Assembly: GCA_043228905.1 (NCBI GenBank) | Contig: JBHGNT010000006.1 | Span: forward strand, 4,712,001-4,776,000 | Source of the DNA: Azolla caroliniana | Lineage: Eukaryota > Plantae > Polypodiophyta | Direction: 5' to 3' | DNA length: 64,000 nucleotides | Shown: positions 1 through 13,360 of the stretch, one piece after another | How positions within the stretch are numbered: the first letter of the stretch is position 1 | Layout: every line of letters starts with the position of its first letter | The notes under the pieces: model-generated | The model's input: the letters and a program-made list of their open reading frames with translations, nothing else | Databases searched by the model: none | What the model was told of the DNA's origin: nothing | Made by a program: the position numbers and the translations under genes

Positions 1-43
1 CAAATAGATAGAGATTGATGTTTTGAGGATGTCTAATATATAA

Positions 44-310
44 CTTAATTAATGATAAGATCAATGAAAATTTCTCGATGTTTAATATATAGCTTAATTA
101 ATGATAGAAACAATATATAACCGCTCAATGTTTAGTAAATATCTTCATTAATGATAAGAACAATGTGAAATTGCTCGATGTTTTATCAGCTTAATTAATT
201 ATAGGAATAATGCATAATGCCTTGATGATTTATTGGAGAAACTAACAGTGGGAGCAATGCATGGATGTTTAACATATAGTGCATTTAACGATGAGAACAA
301 TGCATAATTC
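44..310. repeat. Degenerate ~49-bp tandem repeat (intronic)
   Basis: Units like cttaattaatgataagatcaatgaaaatttctcgatgttt start near 44, 93, 143 and 190, then decay. Confidence 0.65.
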
Positions 311-510
311 CTCTGTTTGTGGACCATGATAATATCTCACCTTCCGAGCAGCAATGCTTCAAATTTTTAAACAAATTGAAAAAATAACTTTTTTTTTTTT
401 TACTTTTTTATAAGCATAAAAATAGCTTCAATAGAAACAAACTACAAGTTTAAAAAGGTAACTAAGTTTCCAGAAGATAAATATGAGAAATATATATATA
501 AAGAAGTTAC

Positions 511-948
511 CAGTTCAGAAGAGTGAAGAAGTAAAGTTTCCCAATTTCCATGACAACTGATCCTGATAACACTATATTTGACACCATTGAAAGAGATTCT
601 TTCGTCTCTGCTAGCACTACCACTACTGTTACTGCTGCCACTGCTACCTCTATCCGTAGAAGAAGAATCTTTGCGATCTTTCTGATTCTTGAAGAAAGAA
701 TCTCCACCTCCTTCAGATTTACTACTGATGATACGGAGGCCGAGGCGTTTCGGAGAAGAAGAAGGAGAGGGAAGGGGAGGAGAAGGAGAGGAAGAAGAAA
801 ATCTGTGAAGGATGGGAGGAGGAGGAGAAGGATCTGAGAAGCTTCCACGGATTCCAATGTTCTGCCATGGATGGTGATTCTTCTTCTTCCCAGAGGAGAC
901 GAGAAATCTGAAGACAGTTCTGAAACCCTTCCTTGTCGATCTGGTCAT
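511..948 (-). CDS. First coding exon of a gene continuing beyond the left edge; organelle-transit-peptide-like N-terminus, possibly an MRS2/CorA-like Mg2+ transporter
   Basis: ATG at 948 opens an R/S/P-rich, acid-poor N-terminus (MTRSTRKGFRTVFRFLVSS...). The frame reaches VKYSVIRISCHGNWETLLLHSSEL and then a phase-0 donor CTG|GTAACT at 511/510. The family guess rests only on loose resemblance to MRS2 N-terminal segments. Confidence 0.5.
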
Positions 949-1189
949 GGAAGGAAGGAAAGACGGACGGAAACAGACAGGCAGACAGACGACACAGCGA
1001 GGATCGTCGTAAAACCCTTACACCTTGTTCGTTCACACAGAAACCGACAGTAGCAGGTTTTTAGTACAATTGTTTCTTTTTTTTCCCCCTTGTAGGCTTC
1101 TACTGAAAAGCGTTGTTTTCTTTTTGGGGCCTAAATAATTTGTCGGTACAATTCGGTGATGTTTCTGAAGGTGGCAGGCATCTGGAGAA

Positions 1190-2130
1190 CTATTTTTGTG
1201 ATGTTGGGTTGTATAAAATATTTACAAAGGTCTTGGCAAACATATTGCAAAAGTATTTACTAACGTTGATACATCCCGCCCAATATAGTTTTTATTGCAT
1301 GTAGGAATATATTGCATAATGCGTTGAATGCCCAAATGGTCATGGTTTATATGCACAACATTCTCATTGACAATTAATTATGGCGCAATTAGACTTAGAA
1401 AAAACTTATGATCATGTTAATTTAATTGGTCCTTTGTTTCTAGGCTAATGCATAATGGGCTTTGGACGTCCTTTGTTTCCGAGTTAACGCATATAATCCA
1501 TGAGAATCTTGAGAAAGGGAGGCTTGTATATGAACCGATTTGCATTAGCTTCTAGATTACATGCATATTAATTGGAGGAAATCTAGTCTCGTATCAATAA
1601 CTGAAAGAGGTTTGGAATGTCTAGGATGGCAAGGATCCATGGTTAGGAAATGCTCTATTTTTTTACACTTAAGGTATCCATTGGGAATGAATGTTACAAA
1701 TGGGCAATTGAAGAATGGATGTCAAGTAAGTTAAGACATAAGTTGATGTATTGGACATCACAATTTTGGTCATTTCACCTACGCCTAAAGGTTGTACAAT
1801 ATATATGGAACCCATAATATTATATTACTAGTCATTGTTGCCATGGACAAAGAAGGCTTGCATTTTGTTTTGCACCTCTTCAATATTTGTTGTGGCAAAA
1901 GAGGGAGAAGATGAGAATCACATGGGTTGTGTGGAATCATCTAGAAAACCTCTAAGTGCTTGGGGGGAGCTAGAAATTTGGAGTTATCTATGCATCCGAT
2001 GGTTCGCAGATTTTCACGTGTTCAAACTTACAACCATGCATATATTGAACCCACAATCACATCAATATCATTGGGCCAATTATATCTAGATTCATTTGGC
2101 AAAATTTATTGCAGATTTTGATATCAACAT
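1190..2130 (+). mobile_element. Decayed LINE (L1-like) reverse transcriptase fragment
   Basis: Translations include LYKIFTKVLANILQKYLLTLIHPAQYSF, LDLEKTYDHVN and RKPLSAWGELEI, typical non-LTR RT and post-RT motifs, broken by stops and frameshifts. Confidence 0.8.
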
Positions 2131-2711
2131 TTTTCAAGAGAGTTTAAATGGCATTCATCCACCAACTTTACATAGTGTTGAGTGTCGATACACAAGTTGT
2201 TAGATGAGCACAATTTGATTATTATACGATAATCTTTAATGCGGCTCAGATTGCGAAAAGAATTGAATGCTGGAATTTCGAAATTCCGTTGGTAAAATTC
2301 AGAAGGATCATGCAAGAAGACAATATCAACTTCTGGCCATAATCTGCGAATCCAGCAAAGCAAAGCAGCAATTTTCTTTTCACTTTAAAGCAGTCGGCAA
2401 CAATCTCGATGAATCATCGGTAAGAAGATGCTTTGCACTTTTCGTTCCACTTTAAAGTGGCAACTAGCCAATGAGTGACATAATTTCAAATGAAGATGCA
2501 ATTTGGGTCAATATAGCGAGGATTGCAGCCAAAAAAAATACTTCTTGTTTTTCTTTATGTACATGTTGAGTCTATCTCAAGCATCAAAATAGGCCTATAA
2601 AGATGACCTACTCACTCTTGAGTGAATGAAACTCCCCATAAGGATATGCTATATTCATCTATATACATAAAATACAAACTACCCCTTTATCATCTATTAT
2701 ATACAGTAGAA

Positions 2712-5700
2712 TTAGCAATTATAGAAGGCAAATGACTTAGATTTGCGGAGGAAGCCAAATGTTTTCCTCCAGAAAACCCCTCTCTCTGATTTGCATCGAG
2801 TGTCTTTACCATCAAAAGATTCCGAACGGGAAGGAATTTGAAAAGCAGCTTGCCACATCACATCTTTTTGTCGCTCGTCTCGGAAATGTTGTAATAATTT
2901 GAGGGCTTTATCTTTGCCTCCGGGGCTCCCAGTCATCGATAGCATCACGAGGGACGGAATAACTCCCTCCTTTAGCACTGCTTGGCTATGTTCATGATTG
3001 TTGGTACAGATAACCAAGAAGATACTCACAATTAACTCCTTCTCATCTGATGACCCACTATCCAGAAGCTCCACCAACATAGATATCCCACCATCTGTCT
3101 CAACAATGGCTGACCTCCCTTCCTCAATTGACCCCAAATCATATAGCAAGCTGAGGCATTTTTCTATTAACTCCATATCTCCCAAGCTAAGTAAATGAAA
3201 GAGCTTGGGGATAACACCATCTTTTAGCATGCAAAGACCATTATCTGAGAACCTACTTAGATTGAATAGAGTGATGAGGGCATCTTTCACCCCCTGCCGT
3301 GAGCCACCATCTAGATGGTTTACCAAGAATCTCATAGCTCCAGATGAGCCAATCGCTGCCTTATTCTTATCCAAGCAAGAGATCGTAAGCAAGACAGAAA
3401 TAGCAGATTCTTTTATCCGCAAAAGAGTTCCGGAACCAAGCAAATTTAGTAGAAATGGAATAGCACCAGCATCCACTATCTCTTCTTTGTTTCTGTTCAC
3501 CATTATCAGCAAAATAAAAAGGAAAAATATCATGAGATAAAACAGTAAGGGAAATTCTTGTGGCAGGATTCATATGATCTAATCATGAATAGAACTTAGT
3601 TAAAACCAATTGAAGTGGAATTAGTGAGAAATTAGAGAAAAGGATACCAGATGTATCACGCAAATCCTAGATCTATGCCCAATTGTTTCAGTTCATTTTT
3701 ATTAAGCTTATGCTTGTACCATCTTGGAAGCTAATAAATGGGAGATAAAAGAACAGCCTGTTATCTTTAAACTACCTGTCACTGTTTATGGCCACATTTG
3801 ACAGTGCAGAGCATGCTGTTTCTTGAGCACTCTCATCTTCAGATTTACTTGCTGAACTCAAGAACCTCACCAACATTCGAATACAGCCTGATTCTTCAAT
3901 ATGCATCCGAGCAGCCACATTATCCTTTGTCAAACAGCTTATCTCCTCAGCACCCTTGCACTGCATTACTAAAGAAGAGGAGTATAACAAGCACCCGAAT
4001 TCCTGAATGTTATCTTGCCCATCATCCCATCTTCTCCTAAACATTCCTCCTTCAACACTAGAGTAAATACCTCCAATGAAATCGTTGGCCGCAATTGTAG
4101 AAGATTCATCATTTTCTCCTATTGTAAGTGGCCCACTATTTTTATCTAGCTGAGTCCGAGGCGAATCGGGTTTCATTATCGAAAATCTATGGTGATGGCT
4201 ATTGTTGTACCTCCAATTTGTTACAGATGGAGGTGATGATGGGGATGTCGGAATAGGTACCAAATGTCTCTCGCACCAGCTCATAATGAGAGCTTTTACA
4301 CAATAATTTGGGGTAACATTGAGATGTGTAAGTTTTTGTTGTGTCTTTGGGCAAGTATCGTGACCCTCTTTGAACCATTTCTCGATGCATGCTCGTTCAT
4401 ACGTCTGCCCCGAGGATATAATGACTGGATCTGACATAAGTTGCAAAGAGATTGGACATCGAAATTCCTCGGGGGGCACAAACAAATGGCGCAAGCAGCT
4501 CGATCCTTCCTTATTTCCATTGCCAATTTGTTTATTATAGAATCCAACACCACAAGATTCTGAGCTGAAGTCACTATCCAACCCACTAGTACTCACTTCG
4601 GATCCCCGATCTGACGGTGAGGGTGGATAGGAGCTTGTCACATCTACTCCCATTGAGCTCTCCTGATTATTATTTGAAAGATTTTGCCTCTTGATATACT
4701 TTCGAAGAAGGTGCAAGAGGTAAAGCACTATTAATTCCTTCTTTTTGTCTTCCTCTTTGCGCGTTTTCTCAAGGAGTCTCCTCAGTGCTCTCTTCTCTGA
4801 TAGAAGTGCCTTGGTTGATTTAATATCTAGCTTCAAAACCACTTTGTCAAATACCTCCAGTTCTGTGAATGTATTGAAACCAGGAAACTCCTTTTCTTTA
4901 TGTAGGAGAGAAATGATCTCATTACCCACCTCCTGATCTGAAGCATCTGGCTGAAAAACTATCCCTTCCAAGTCACTTGTAAAGACACTTATCTACAAGC
5001 AAGTAGCCAATAAATATATGTTTTAAAATTCAGCTTAAACACCTCTCTATATCTGAACTACTAATTAAAGTGAATATACCTGCTGAGCAAGGTCATCAGG
5101 AACATTGGATTCCAGCCTTCTCAAACTCTGGTCCAGAGTCTCTTTCACCTTCTCAAATTTGGAAGTGATAGAATCACTAGTAATTGCCTTCAATGAGCAG
5201 ATAGGTTAACACAAGTTTCAATAATCATAAACATCTTTAGCTCCACAAAAAGGTTTATGAATACCACATCAGTCTTAAACATTTTTCTACTGTGAATCGG
5301 GCACATTGCAGGTTAGGACCTAACGTTTAGAATTAGAATTGTTATCGTCCATAAAGAGGCCAATTTTGACCTATGGGACCAGAGTATACATGTGTTCTTG
5401 ATATATGTCTCCTTGCTAAGAAGGGGTATTCATATGTTGAAGAACAAAGTCTCTATGTGTTGAGCTTCTGAGGGTGAAGCTGTAACATTTTACCGATATA
5501 GATGGGCTCAAAATACCTAAAACTTCCACACTCTCCGAGTACCGCTGCTTTACTCCTTCAAAGACTTCCAACAGGTTCGTCCGAATGTCTGTGTGCAGAT
5601 ATGGATATATACATGTGCATGCGTATATGCAAGTGAAATCAAGGAAAGTACATGATGCATCAAAACATTATTTATTTGGGTGCAATATTTAAAGAGCACC

Positions 5701-6508
5701 TGCCTCAAATTGAAGTTTTTCAAGGCATAAAACCATTTTAAATTGTTACCAGATGCAAAACAGTTTTATGTTGCTTTATACCCTTATCTCTGTGTTGCAA
5801 TGTTGGTTGAGCATGCAGAAAACTTTGTTTTGTAATCTTTTACAAAACAAATGTGTATCATGTGTGTCTAGGTTTTAGGTTTTCACTGAGCCAATGTGTT
5901 CATTCTTACTATGTCACAAAAGACATAGAGGAGCATATTTTATGCTCTCTTTCCAATATGAATTCAGAAATACCATAATATCCCTAATTCTATTGCTAGC
6001 TTGACTAGTTGTTAATTATATGTAATTAAAAGGCATGGCTTCCTTTTTGGGTAAGTTTTAAAGCAGTCAAGGATATTCTGGTAAATTTTAAAAACATGGA
6101 TGCGTTCTGGTACTTTGTGACTAGTTTAAGTGTGTGTGTATGTCTATTGAGAGAAAGCACAGTGGAGAGAGTTACCAGGTAAAGCTTGCTAGAATTTACA
6201 GTTCTGTGAAGAAACAACTTTGCTCTGTCAATAGCCCAGTATAGTCCACATAATGCCTGCATGCCAGACCTCGGAGGTTGCAGAGCTTCAAAGATGGGAA
6301 CAAATTCCATCATCTTCTGAACCAACACTGCAAGTCTGTGACACATATCTCCATAGATCTGATAATAAATGAATAAATAAAACTGGAAAATCATACAGAC
6401 GATGATTTCATAATGGTACCAAACCGAAACAGAAAATAAGAAGAAAAGAAAGTTCCATACCATTCGATCGATAATATCAGGAGCTTCTAGATCTCCATTA
6501 ACATCCAT
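2712..6508 (-). CDS. U-box/ARM-repeat E3 ubiquitin ligase (PUB6/7/45-like), ~778 aa
   Basis: Exons 6461-6508, 6176-6358, 5080-5187, 3776-4992 and 2712-3492, all GT-AG, 2337 nt in frame. UND region (SSKLYL-AITSDS), U-box PPEEFRCPISLQLMSDPVIISSGQTYERACIEKWF...CPKTQQ...TPNYCVK, and C-terminal ARM repeats. Confidence 0.93.
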
Positions 6509-6569
6509 TTTTTAAATCGTTGTTCAAGAATGATGTTTGCTGTATATATATTTTATATTAATATGTAAT

Positions 6570-7610
6570 GTATATAAACTGATTAGACCCCAGCAATAGA
6601 TTTATGCAAACCATAGGTTGTTTAATTCCTTGCTAAAATATTTCATTATATAGCACACAGGAACAGTCCCTGTTTATGTATAATGTGTAACTTGATTGGA
6701 CCTCAAACAATATTTCTAGAAATCAATCACTTTAATCCTTAATAAAATATTTCACTGTATAGCATGTAAAATTGAATAGTTTGACATCAGTAAAAGAATT
6801 CTGCAAACCAAATATCATCAGTAAAACAATTCAGTATGTACAATGATTATGATGTCTGTGAATATATAGTGTATAACCTAGTTAGACCCCAGTAAAAGAA
6901 ATCTTCAAATTGTAAGATGATATGATTATACAGTAAATCGTTTGGCTATGCAACACACAAATTCTTCCTGTGTATATATATGAAGTATATGCTTCCCACA
7001 TGAAATGTATAACCTGGTTTAACTTCAGTGAAAGCTTTCTTCAAAGAAATATCACCCAATTCCCCAGTAAAGTATTTCTTCAAAGAAAATATCATCTAAT
7101 TTCTTGGTACAGGATTTGTCAAAGACAACATCATCTGATTCCTCAGAAAAAAAAACATAGCTTGTAGCACAAGAATGACTCCTATGTATAATCTAGTTGG
7201 AGTTCAGCAAATAGATATGTGCTAATCAAAGAATCATCCAATTCCTCAGTAGAGAAGATTTCATAATATGTAGGAATTATCATCTGCAAAATCAAAGAAT
7301 CGTCTAATTCCGTGATAAAAGATTTTCTTCCAAGAAAATATCAATTAATTCCTCAGTAAAAGATCACAATTTACAGCACAATAATGATTCCTATGAATGA
7401 TACTGTAAAATGTGGTTAGAGTTTAGCAAAAGGTTTATGCAAACGAACGACTCCCAATTCCTTAATAAAAAAGATTCTATTATACGTAGGGATGACCATC
7501 TGCAAACCCAACGAAACAACTAATTCCTCGGGACGAAAGATCTCATTTTTACAGGAGGCAGATCATCGGCAAATCCAAGAATCATCTAATCCCTCAATAA
7601 AACGATTTCC
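6570..7610. repeat. Highly degenerate dispersed/tandem repeats in the U-box leader intron
   Basis: Recurring blocks such as aaagaaaatatcatctaattcctcagtaaaa and tataacctagttagaccccagtaaaag. Confidence 0.5.
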
Positions 7611-8114
7611 TTTCTACAAAAAAATATAGATGGAGCACAGATAACAATAGAAATACTGTAAAAGATAATTAGTTAATTATAATGGAAGCGAGCAAAGAAT
7701 CGGTGAGAAGAAAACATCTACCGTCACGATCCTTCTGCAAATAATCTTTTTACTCGTATTTACTTCTCAGATAAATTAGAGAATGTGTTGCATAATATAA
7801 ATTATTTTCATTAAGAAATCTCAAAAAGAGGAATCAGTGTTAAGCGAAAAAGTCGAGAAAATGCATATTAAATATGGAAGCCATTAAAACTCGGAATTGT
7901 CCATGACAAAACCTTACTGAATTTTAGAGAGCATAGGTCGTAAACAAAAAATCCTCTATCAAATTCCTATAGATCAATCCTTTCTGTTAAGATCATTAAA
8001 TCAAACTCAAAATCATCACATTTCGAAGAAAATTAGACAAAAGAAACTAACTTTGAAACTAGATAAGTGCTAGAAAGATAGATAAGTAGGCAAAGCTTAG
8101 AGAGAGAGAGATAC

Positions 8115-8400
8115 CTTTCAATTAGATAGAAATTTGTCCATTAAAGAAGCGTCCAAACATTTACGTTAGGATAGGTGATCTTCTTCTCTATATCCATCTC
8201 CGACATCACATTCATCATGAAGCTCCAAGGAGCTACCACAGTGAACTGAAAGGATAGTTACGAGAATTACAGATGAGACAGAGACAGAGAGTTGAAGAGT
8301 AAGAAGAATGAAGGGGAGCTTAGCAAGCTATGGCGAGCTTGGAATCAGAAGAGGAAGAGAACAAGAACAAAAGCACTGCATTTGATTTCTTTTTCTGGAC
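8115..8400 (-). other. Probable 5' UTR exon of the U-box gene (leader intron 6540-8114)
   Basis: Donor AAG|GTATCT at 8115/8114 and acceptor TACAG| at 6540, 31 nt before the ATG. CT-rich leader on the minus strand. The upstream boundary is a guess. Confidence 0.55.
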
Positions 8401-8508
8401 TTCGTGTGTTGGTGCTGGTGGTGTGTTTTATTTTTTTTGTGAACGCAAACTTTTTTCTTCTTCTTTTTTCTGAGATTCGAACTTCGAAACTCTTCCGTCA
8501 ATCTTCAT

Positions 8509-8712
8509 ATAAAACCACAAATGTTATGTGAAGTAGTGATAAAACCACTAATGTTATGTGAAGTAGTAGTAATAAAACCACTTATGTTATATGTGAAGTA
8601 GTAATAAAACCACTTATCTTATGTGAAATAGTGATACATAAAACCACTAATGTTATGTGCAGTAGTGATAAATAAAACCAGTTGTGTTATGTGAAGTAGT
8701 GATAAAATCACT
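8509..8712. repeat. Minisatellite, ~30-34 bp unit, 6-7 copies
   Basis: ataaaaccactaatgttatgtgaagtagtg repeated with small indels. Confidence 0.9.
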
Positions 8713-11700
8713 AAATTTGTTATAAGTGACGTAGACGTAGTTCAACCCCGTCAGTTGTCCGCCCCTTGAACGTGACCCTCATGTCCCCCTGTAGCAGCTC
8801 ACAATGTCGAGGATTGTCGAGCAATAGCATCGTGAGAGTAGTAGGCAAATATTGGAGATGCCAGGAAATATATGTTGGCATTTCATATTGCGTTACGACG
8901 GGAGTAGTTTCTATACTGCGAGGCATAACATGTCTAGCTACGTGTTTTATAGTACGACCGCACCTTACAACTTTGATTGATGCGACGTCACACATCGACT
9001 TCTGTGGAGGCAGACGACATACTATAGAGACAATGTGATGCGTAAAAGACCTCGTGAAGTAGATAAACTTAGCATGTCTAGCCTACTAGGAATATATCAC
9101 ACCGCATTCAAAACCATGAGAGCAACAATAAGGACTTGGAAAACAATCGAGTGTTCCATTTCACACTTATTGAATTTTGATACCCAACTTTTCCTTCCCG
9201 AAATCTGTCTTCCTTGCCTAAATTTACGTTCTTGTGTTTTTATGACCTACAATTCACCAAGATAATATGGTATCAAATCCCGTCGCTTGAATATGGTGTT
9301 ACATAGTCGTGAGCTCTCCTCATTAATGCAAACTAAGAAAGAGATACAAAGAAAAAACGAGGTTAGGGTACATTACATTCATAGCATAAATCTTGCATTT
9401 TTCTCCTAGGACAACATTGTGACCTTTTGTAGGCCAAAGACATAAAGGTAAGGAACTTACAAAAAGGTATGTATGGTCGGGGCGCATTGAATGCCTAAAA
9501 GGATGAGATAAGCTTTTGTGATTGACCATTAATGTGTGGTGAAGAGAGGAATGGTTTGAGAATTGTGCTTTCATAAAAAAGAATCCTTAATTAGCCTATT
9601 AGTGCTATCCTAATATCGCGTTTAGGTGGACTTTGGTTTGAGGGTGTTAAAATCCTAATAACCCCCAAGCTTCAAATGTTTCCAATTCCTATTAGAGTAG
9701 AGATCACTATACAAAACAAGGGTAATTGGAATTTTGAATGATTTAACACTAACTCTTGTGTAAGGTTAGACATTATCACCATGAGAGCAAGTAGTTCTAG
9801 AGTCAAGTTCTCTTTTTCAAGACCCGTACTAGCATATTTCCTCGTCTTTATCTTTGTAATGCAAACTTATGTGAATAGAAAAATCCATGAACTATAAATA
9901 ACCTAAGTCATCTATTCAAGCATATGATTGTAGGCTTGATTTTAATGTTCAATCATCTTCTCTTCTTTTCTATGATGATCCTCAATTGTATTTTTGACGT
10001 CATATGTGATGGAATACAAATATGTACATATTCATTTTCAACATTATCTTTAAAATATAAGCTATAAAGCTAACACTTTATAATACATGTTCAGATTGTA
10101 ACATGTATGTGAAATGAAATGATGTTAGGTTTCCAAGAGACGAACATGCATTCAAAAAACAGCTTTAGTGTTTTGTACTTATCCATAAAGTAGATCTACA
10201 AAAACAGAGGTTGTCTTTATTTTGCAGTGACTTAGAAACTCCTCGTACAAGATGTAAAAAAGGATCCTTGAAACTAATCATTTACATTTCCAAAGACTCA
10301 TGCATAAATGTTTACGTAGTTTGATTTATGGAATTTTAAGTAAGAATAACACCTCTTACGATGACTAATGTTAACTTTCTCGACACATGTCACTAATGGA
10401 AAACGATATCCATGAGCAATGCAAATTTTACATTTAGATCAATAGAATCAAACATCATACACAAAATATCACTTTCACAGTCATCGTATTTACATGTTGA
10501 TGCCAGGAACAAAAGCACCATACACAAAATAACATGTTCACATTCATATATATGACAAACATGTGTAATGAATGCGATTCAACGCTCATTCCCGAATTTG
10601 GTTTGACAACATGCATTGGTTTAACAAGTGGCTGCAAAAGTTTATTGGATATCAATGATATGTTCGTTTCAGTCATAGAAAAAGCCTATTTAAACTATTG
10701 AAAGGTTGTCATTCTTGATGTTGAAACATCTCACTTCTCGACAACAATCCAACGAGTCAAAAAAATACTATCATGAGATGACTCAACAAAGTTGATTTCA
10801 ACATTTTCAAGAATTTATCCCCATCCTCCAAATGTGTAGTTCCCACTTAGTACATCCATTTTGCATGCCCACAATTGTGTATCCAACAACATGTTGTATT
10901 TATTTTAGATTAATACGTGCAACTAACATTGCATGGATTATATTTTATTGTTTAAAAACTCAGGGTACCAACAAAAAGATGTATCGGTTGATTTGGGACA
11001 AAATTTAAGGATAGAATTAACCATTTAAGAGCATTAAAAGGGAGAGTGGGGCTCATACAACCTCTCACTCAATCTGCACTAGTCTTTCACTTTTGTGTTA
11101 GTGCAATGACCTCTTCCAAGTATGTTTTAGTTCCAAATCATGTTTCTTGATGTGTTCTAGTTTCAACCATTGTTTTAGGTTATAATATATGCAACCAAAT
11201 TTATAATTTACTATACAACAACTATCTCACAAAAATTACACATATCAATTCATTTTTAAATTCAAGGTGGCCATTACTAAGACGCACCATACACATTAAT
11301 ACTCCTCATACACCACCCAAAAAAAATGAATGAGAACTCGCGTATATGTGTCATGAAGTTATGTTGAATCTTAGAATGGACAATCAATGAAAACACCATA
11401 AGAGCCAATCCACTAGTGTTTTAAGGAAATGCCAACGGTTTTATGGACTACTCATTTGATTGTGTGGGTGGGCTAGTTCATACCTCAATATATGGACATG
11501 AGTAAAGGGCCAAGGCTCCTTTGATGGCCAGGGTTCAAAATTTCAACATGGAACCTTGTCAGCAATAATTTGAGGATTTTACATAAAGACCACAAGATGT
11601 AGGGAAGGGTTTTTACCACCATGAATATAAAAAGGGAGAGATGCAATAAAACAAGGAAAGGGTATGGTGTAGATGGAGTAAGAATATGTACAAGTATATT

Positions 11701-13103
11701 TGACCACAACGCATAGTTTCCACCAAGAGTGAAATGACATTGAGGGAGAATTATCAATATATTAACATGAACCAATGCCATCTCGATATAGATCTTGAGA
11801 TATACAATGTCTCCCATTGTTATCCACTTGAGATGTAGATGCAAAACTCCATCTATCGAAGGCCTTGTTATTTCATCGAACTGGCAAAAATGGACAACTA
11901 CTTTATTGCACTTAGTCGAAATAACAATGGGACATTATTTGGTAGAAACAAGTGGAGGAGTCACATGGAATTTATTTGATAAAAATGACAAATCCAACAA
12001 GATTTGCAAAGAGAAGGGATAGATAGAGTCAGATGACCCCATTATTTTGTAGATCCATTAAGAATGCTCTTAGTTTTGAGACCATAACAAACCCATATGA
12101 CACCCTATATCCATTATGAATGGATACCTTGCAAATGAAAGAGCAAAATCATTTCGCACAAGTGTCAACTTTGTGTTGTCTCTTATCATTCAACAAAACC
12201 ATATTGCCCAAAATAGACAATGTTTTTGCTCTATAGTTCTTTGCATAGCATCGTTGTAGACATGATAGTTCCTCCATACACACAATAAGCCCTAAATAAG
12301 TAGTGTTGCTTAACTGCAACACCAATAGTTTATCAAAATTATTGTTGCTTCTTTACAACATTAGACAAGGGAAAAAGTAGATAGATGGTCTCCTTTCCTC
12401 TTGTCAATATGCAAAGACCCAATAGTGGGCCTCCTCTTTACTTCCCTCCTTGCATGTGGCACCTTTGAACATGCTTAAGCCTTAAGATATATATTTGTAT
12501 TGAACCATTAATTCTTCAGAATTTATGCATGTGCATAGTGCATGTTTATCCATGCATTGTGATTCAATATCCATCCACCATAAAATAGAACCAAAAGTAG
12601 TGAGGGACCTTGCTCCGTGAGAGCATCTACTACATTAATGAATTTAATGGACTTCGAACCTTAGGTGTATGAGCTAATAAATACATAGGTTATTGAAAAG
12701 AGAATTATAGGTGAATACATACCAGACAAATGCAGTTCAACTAATAAGTTTGTTTGACTCAATTGAAACTACAAGGTCGTGCATTCGACCTTTGGCATCG
12801 AGTAAGTTGATGAAGTAAGAGTTAAGCATAGGTGTACATATTAATGAGAAAAAACACCTTAGGTATAATTCTAGATAGATGTTTGTGATAATTGTGCCAA
12901 CTATTCGAGATCATGTTGTTAGTAATTCCATTACTTCGGTATATCTCTCCAATGTTTTTGGTTGAAGTGCATGTGCCCATGTATCATAATTACTTGTGTG
13001 CCTTGTTTTGTCCCTTGATTAGCCATGTTGGGCTCCCATACGATAGATTGTGCTCTAGAATAGAGAAAGCCTGTTCTCTCATTTAATGCATCAAACTCTT
13101 ATT

Positions 13104-13360
13104 CATAGTACGTAAAATTCGTGTTCGTCTAGCATAACATTCGTTTTCCTAAGTTGGAAAACGAATGCGAATGTTATTCAAACATTCTTGTGTTTTTTTC
13201 CCTTTTTTTAAGTCCCCCCCCCCCCCCATTTTTAGGTTTATTTACCTCATAATAAATAGTTAATCCAAAAGTATGGTATTTACCATTCTTCGAGGGTGTT
13301 TACCATATTCGAATGATTGAAACATTCGCGAATGTGAATGTACGTATGGTTCATACTATG
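13104..13360. mobile_element. Non-autonomous hAT-type MITE (257 bp)
   Basis: Termini CATAGTA...TACTATG. Perfect 8-bp TSD CTCTTATT at 13096-13103 and 13361-13368. Subterminal CATTCG/CGAATG motifs. Confidence 0.88.

Noticed and set aside
507-857. Leu-rich 116-aa ORF and Arg-rich + strand ORF
   Set aside because: Alternative frames of a CT-rich exon. The 948-start frame has the better leader and an in-phase splice donor.
8509-8712. CRISPR-like ~30-bp repeats
   Set aside because: Head-to-tail repeats without spacers in a eukaryotic context.
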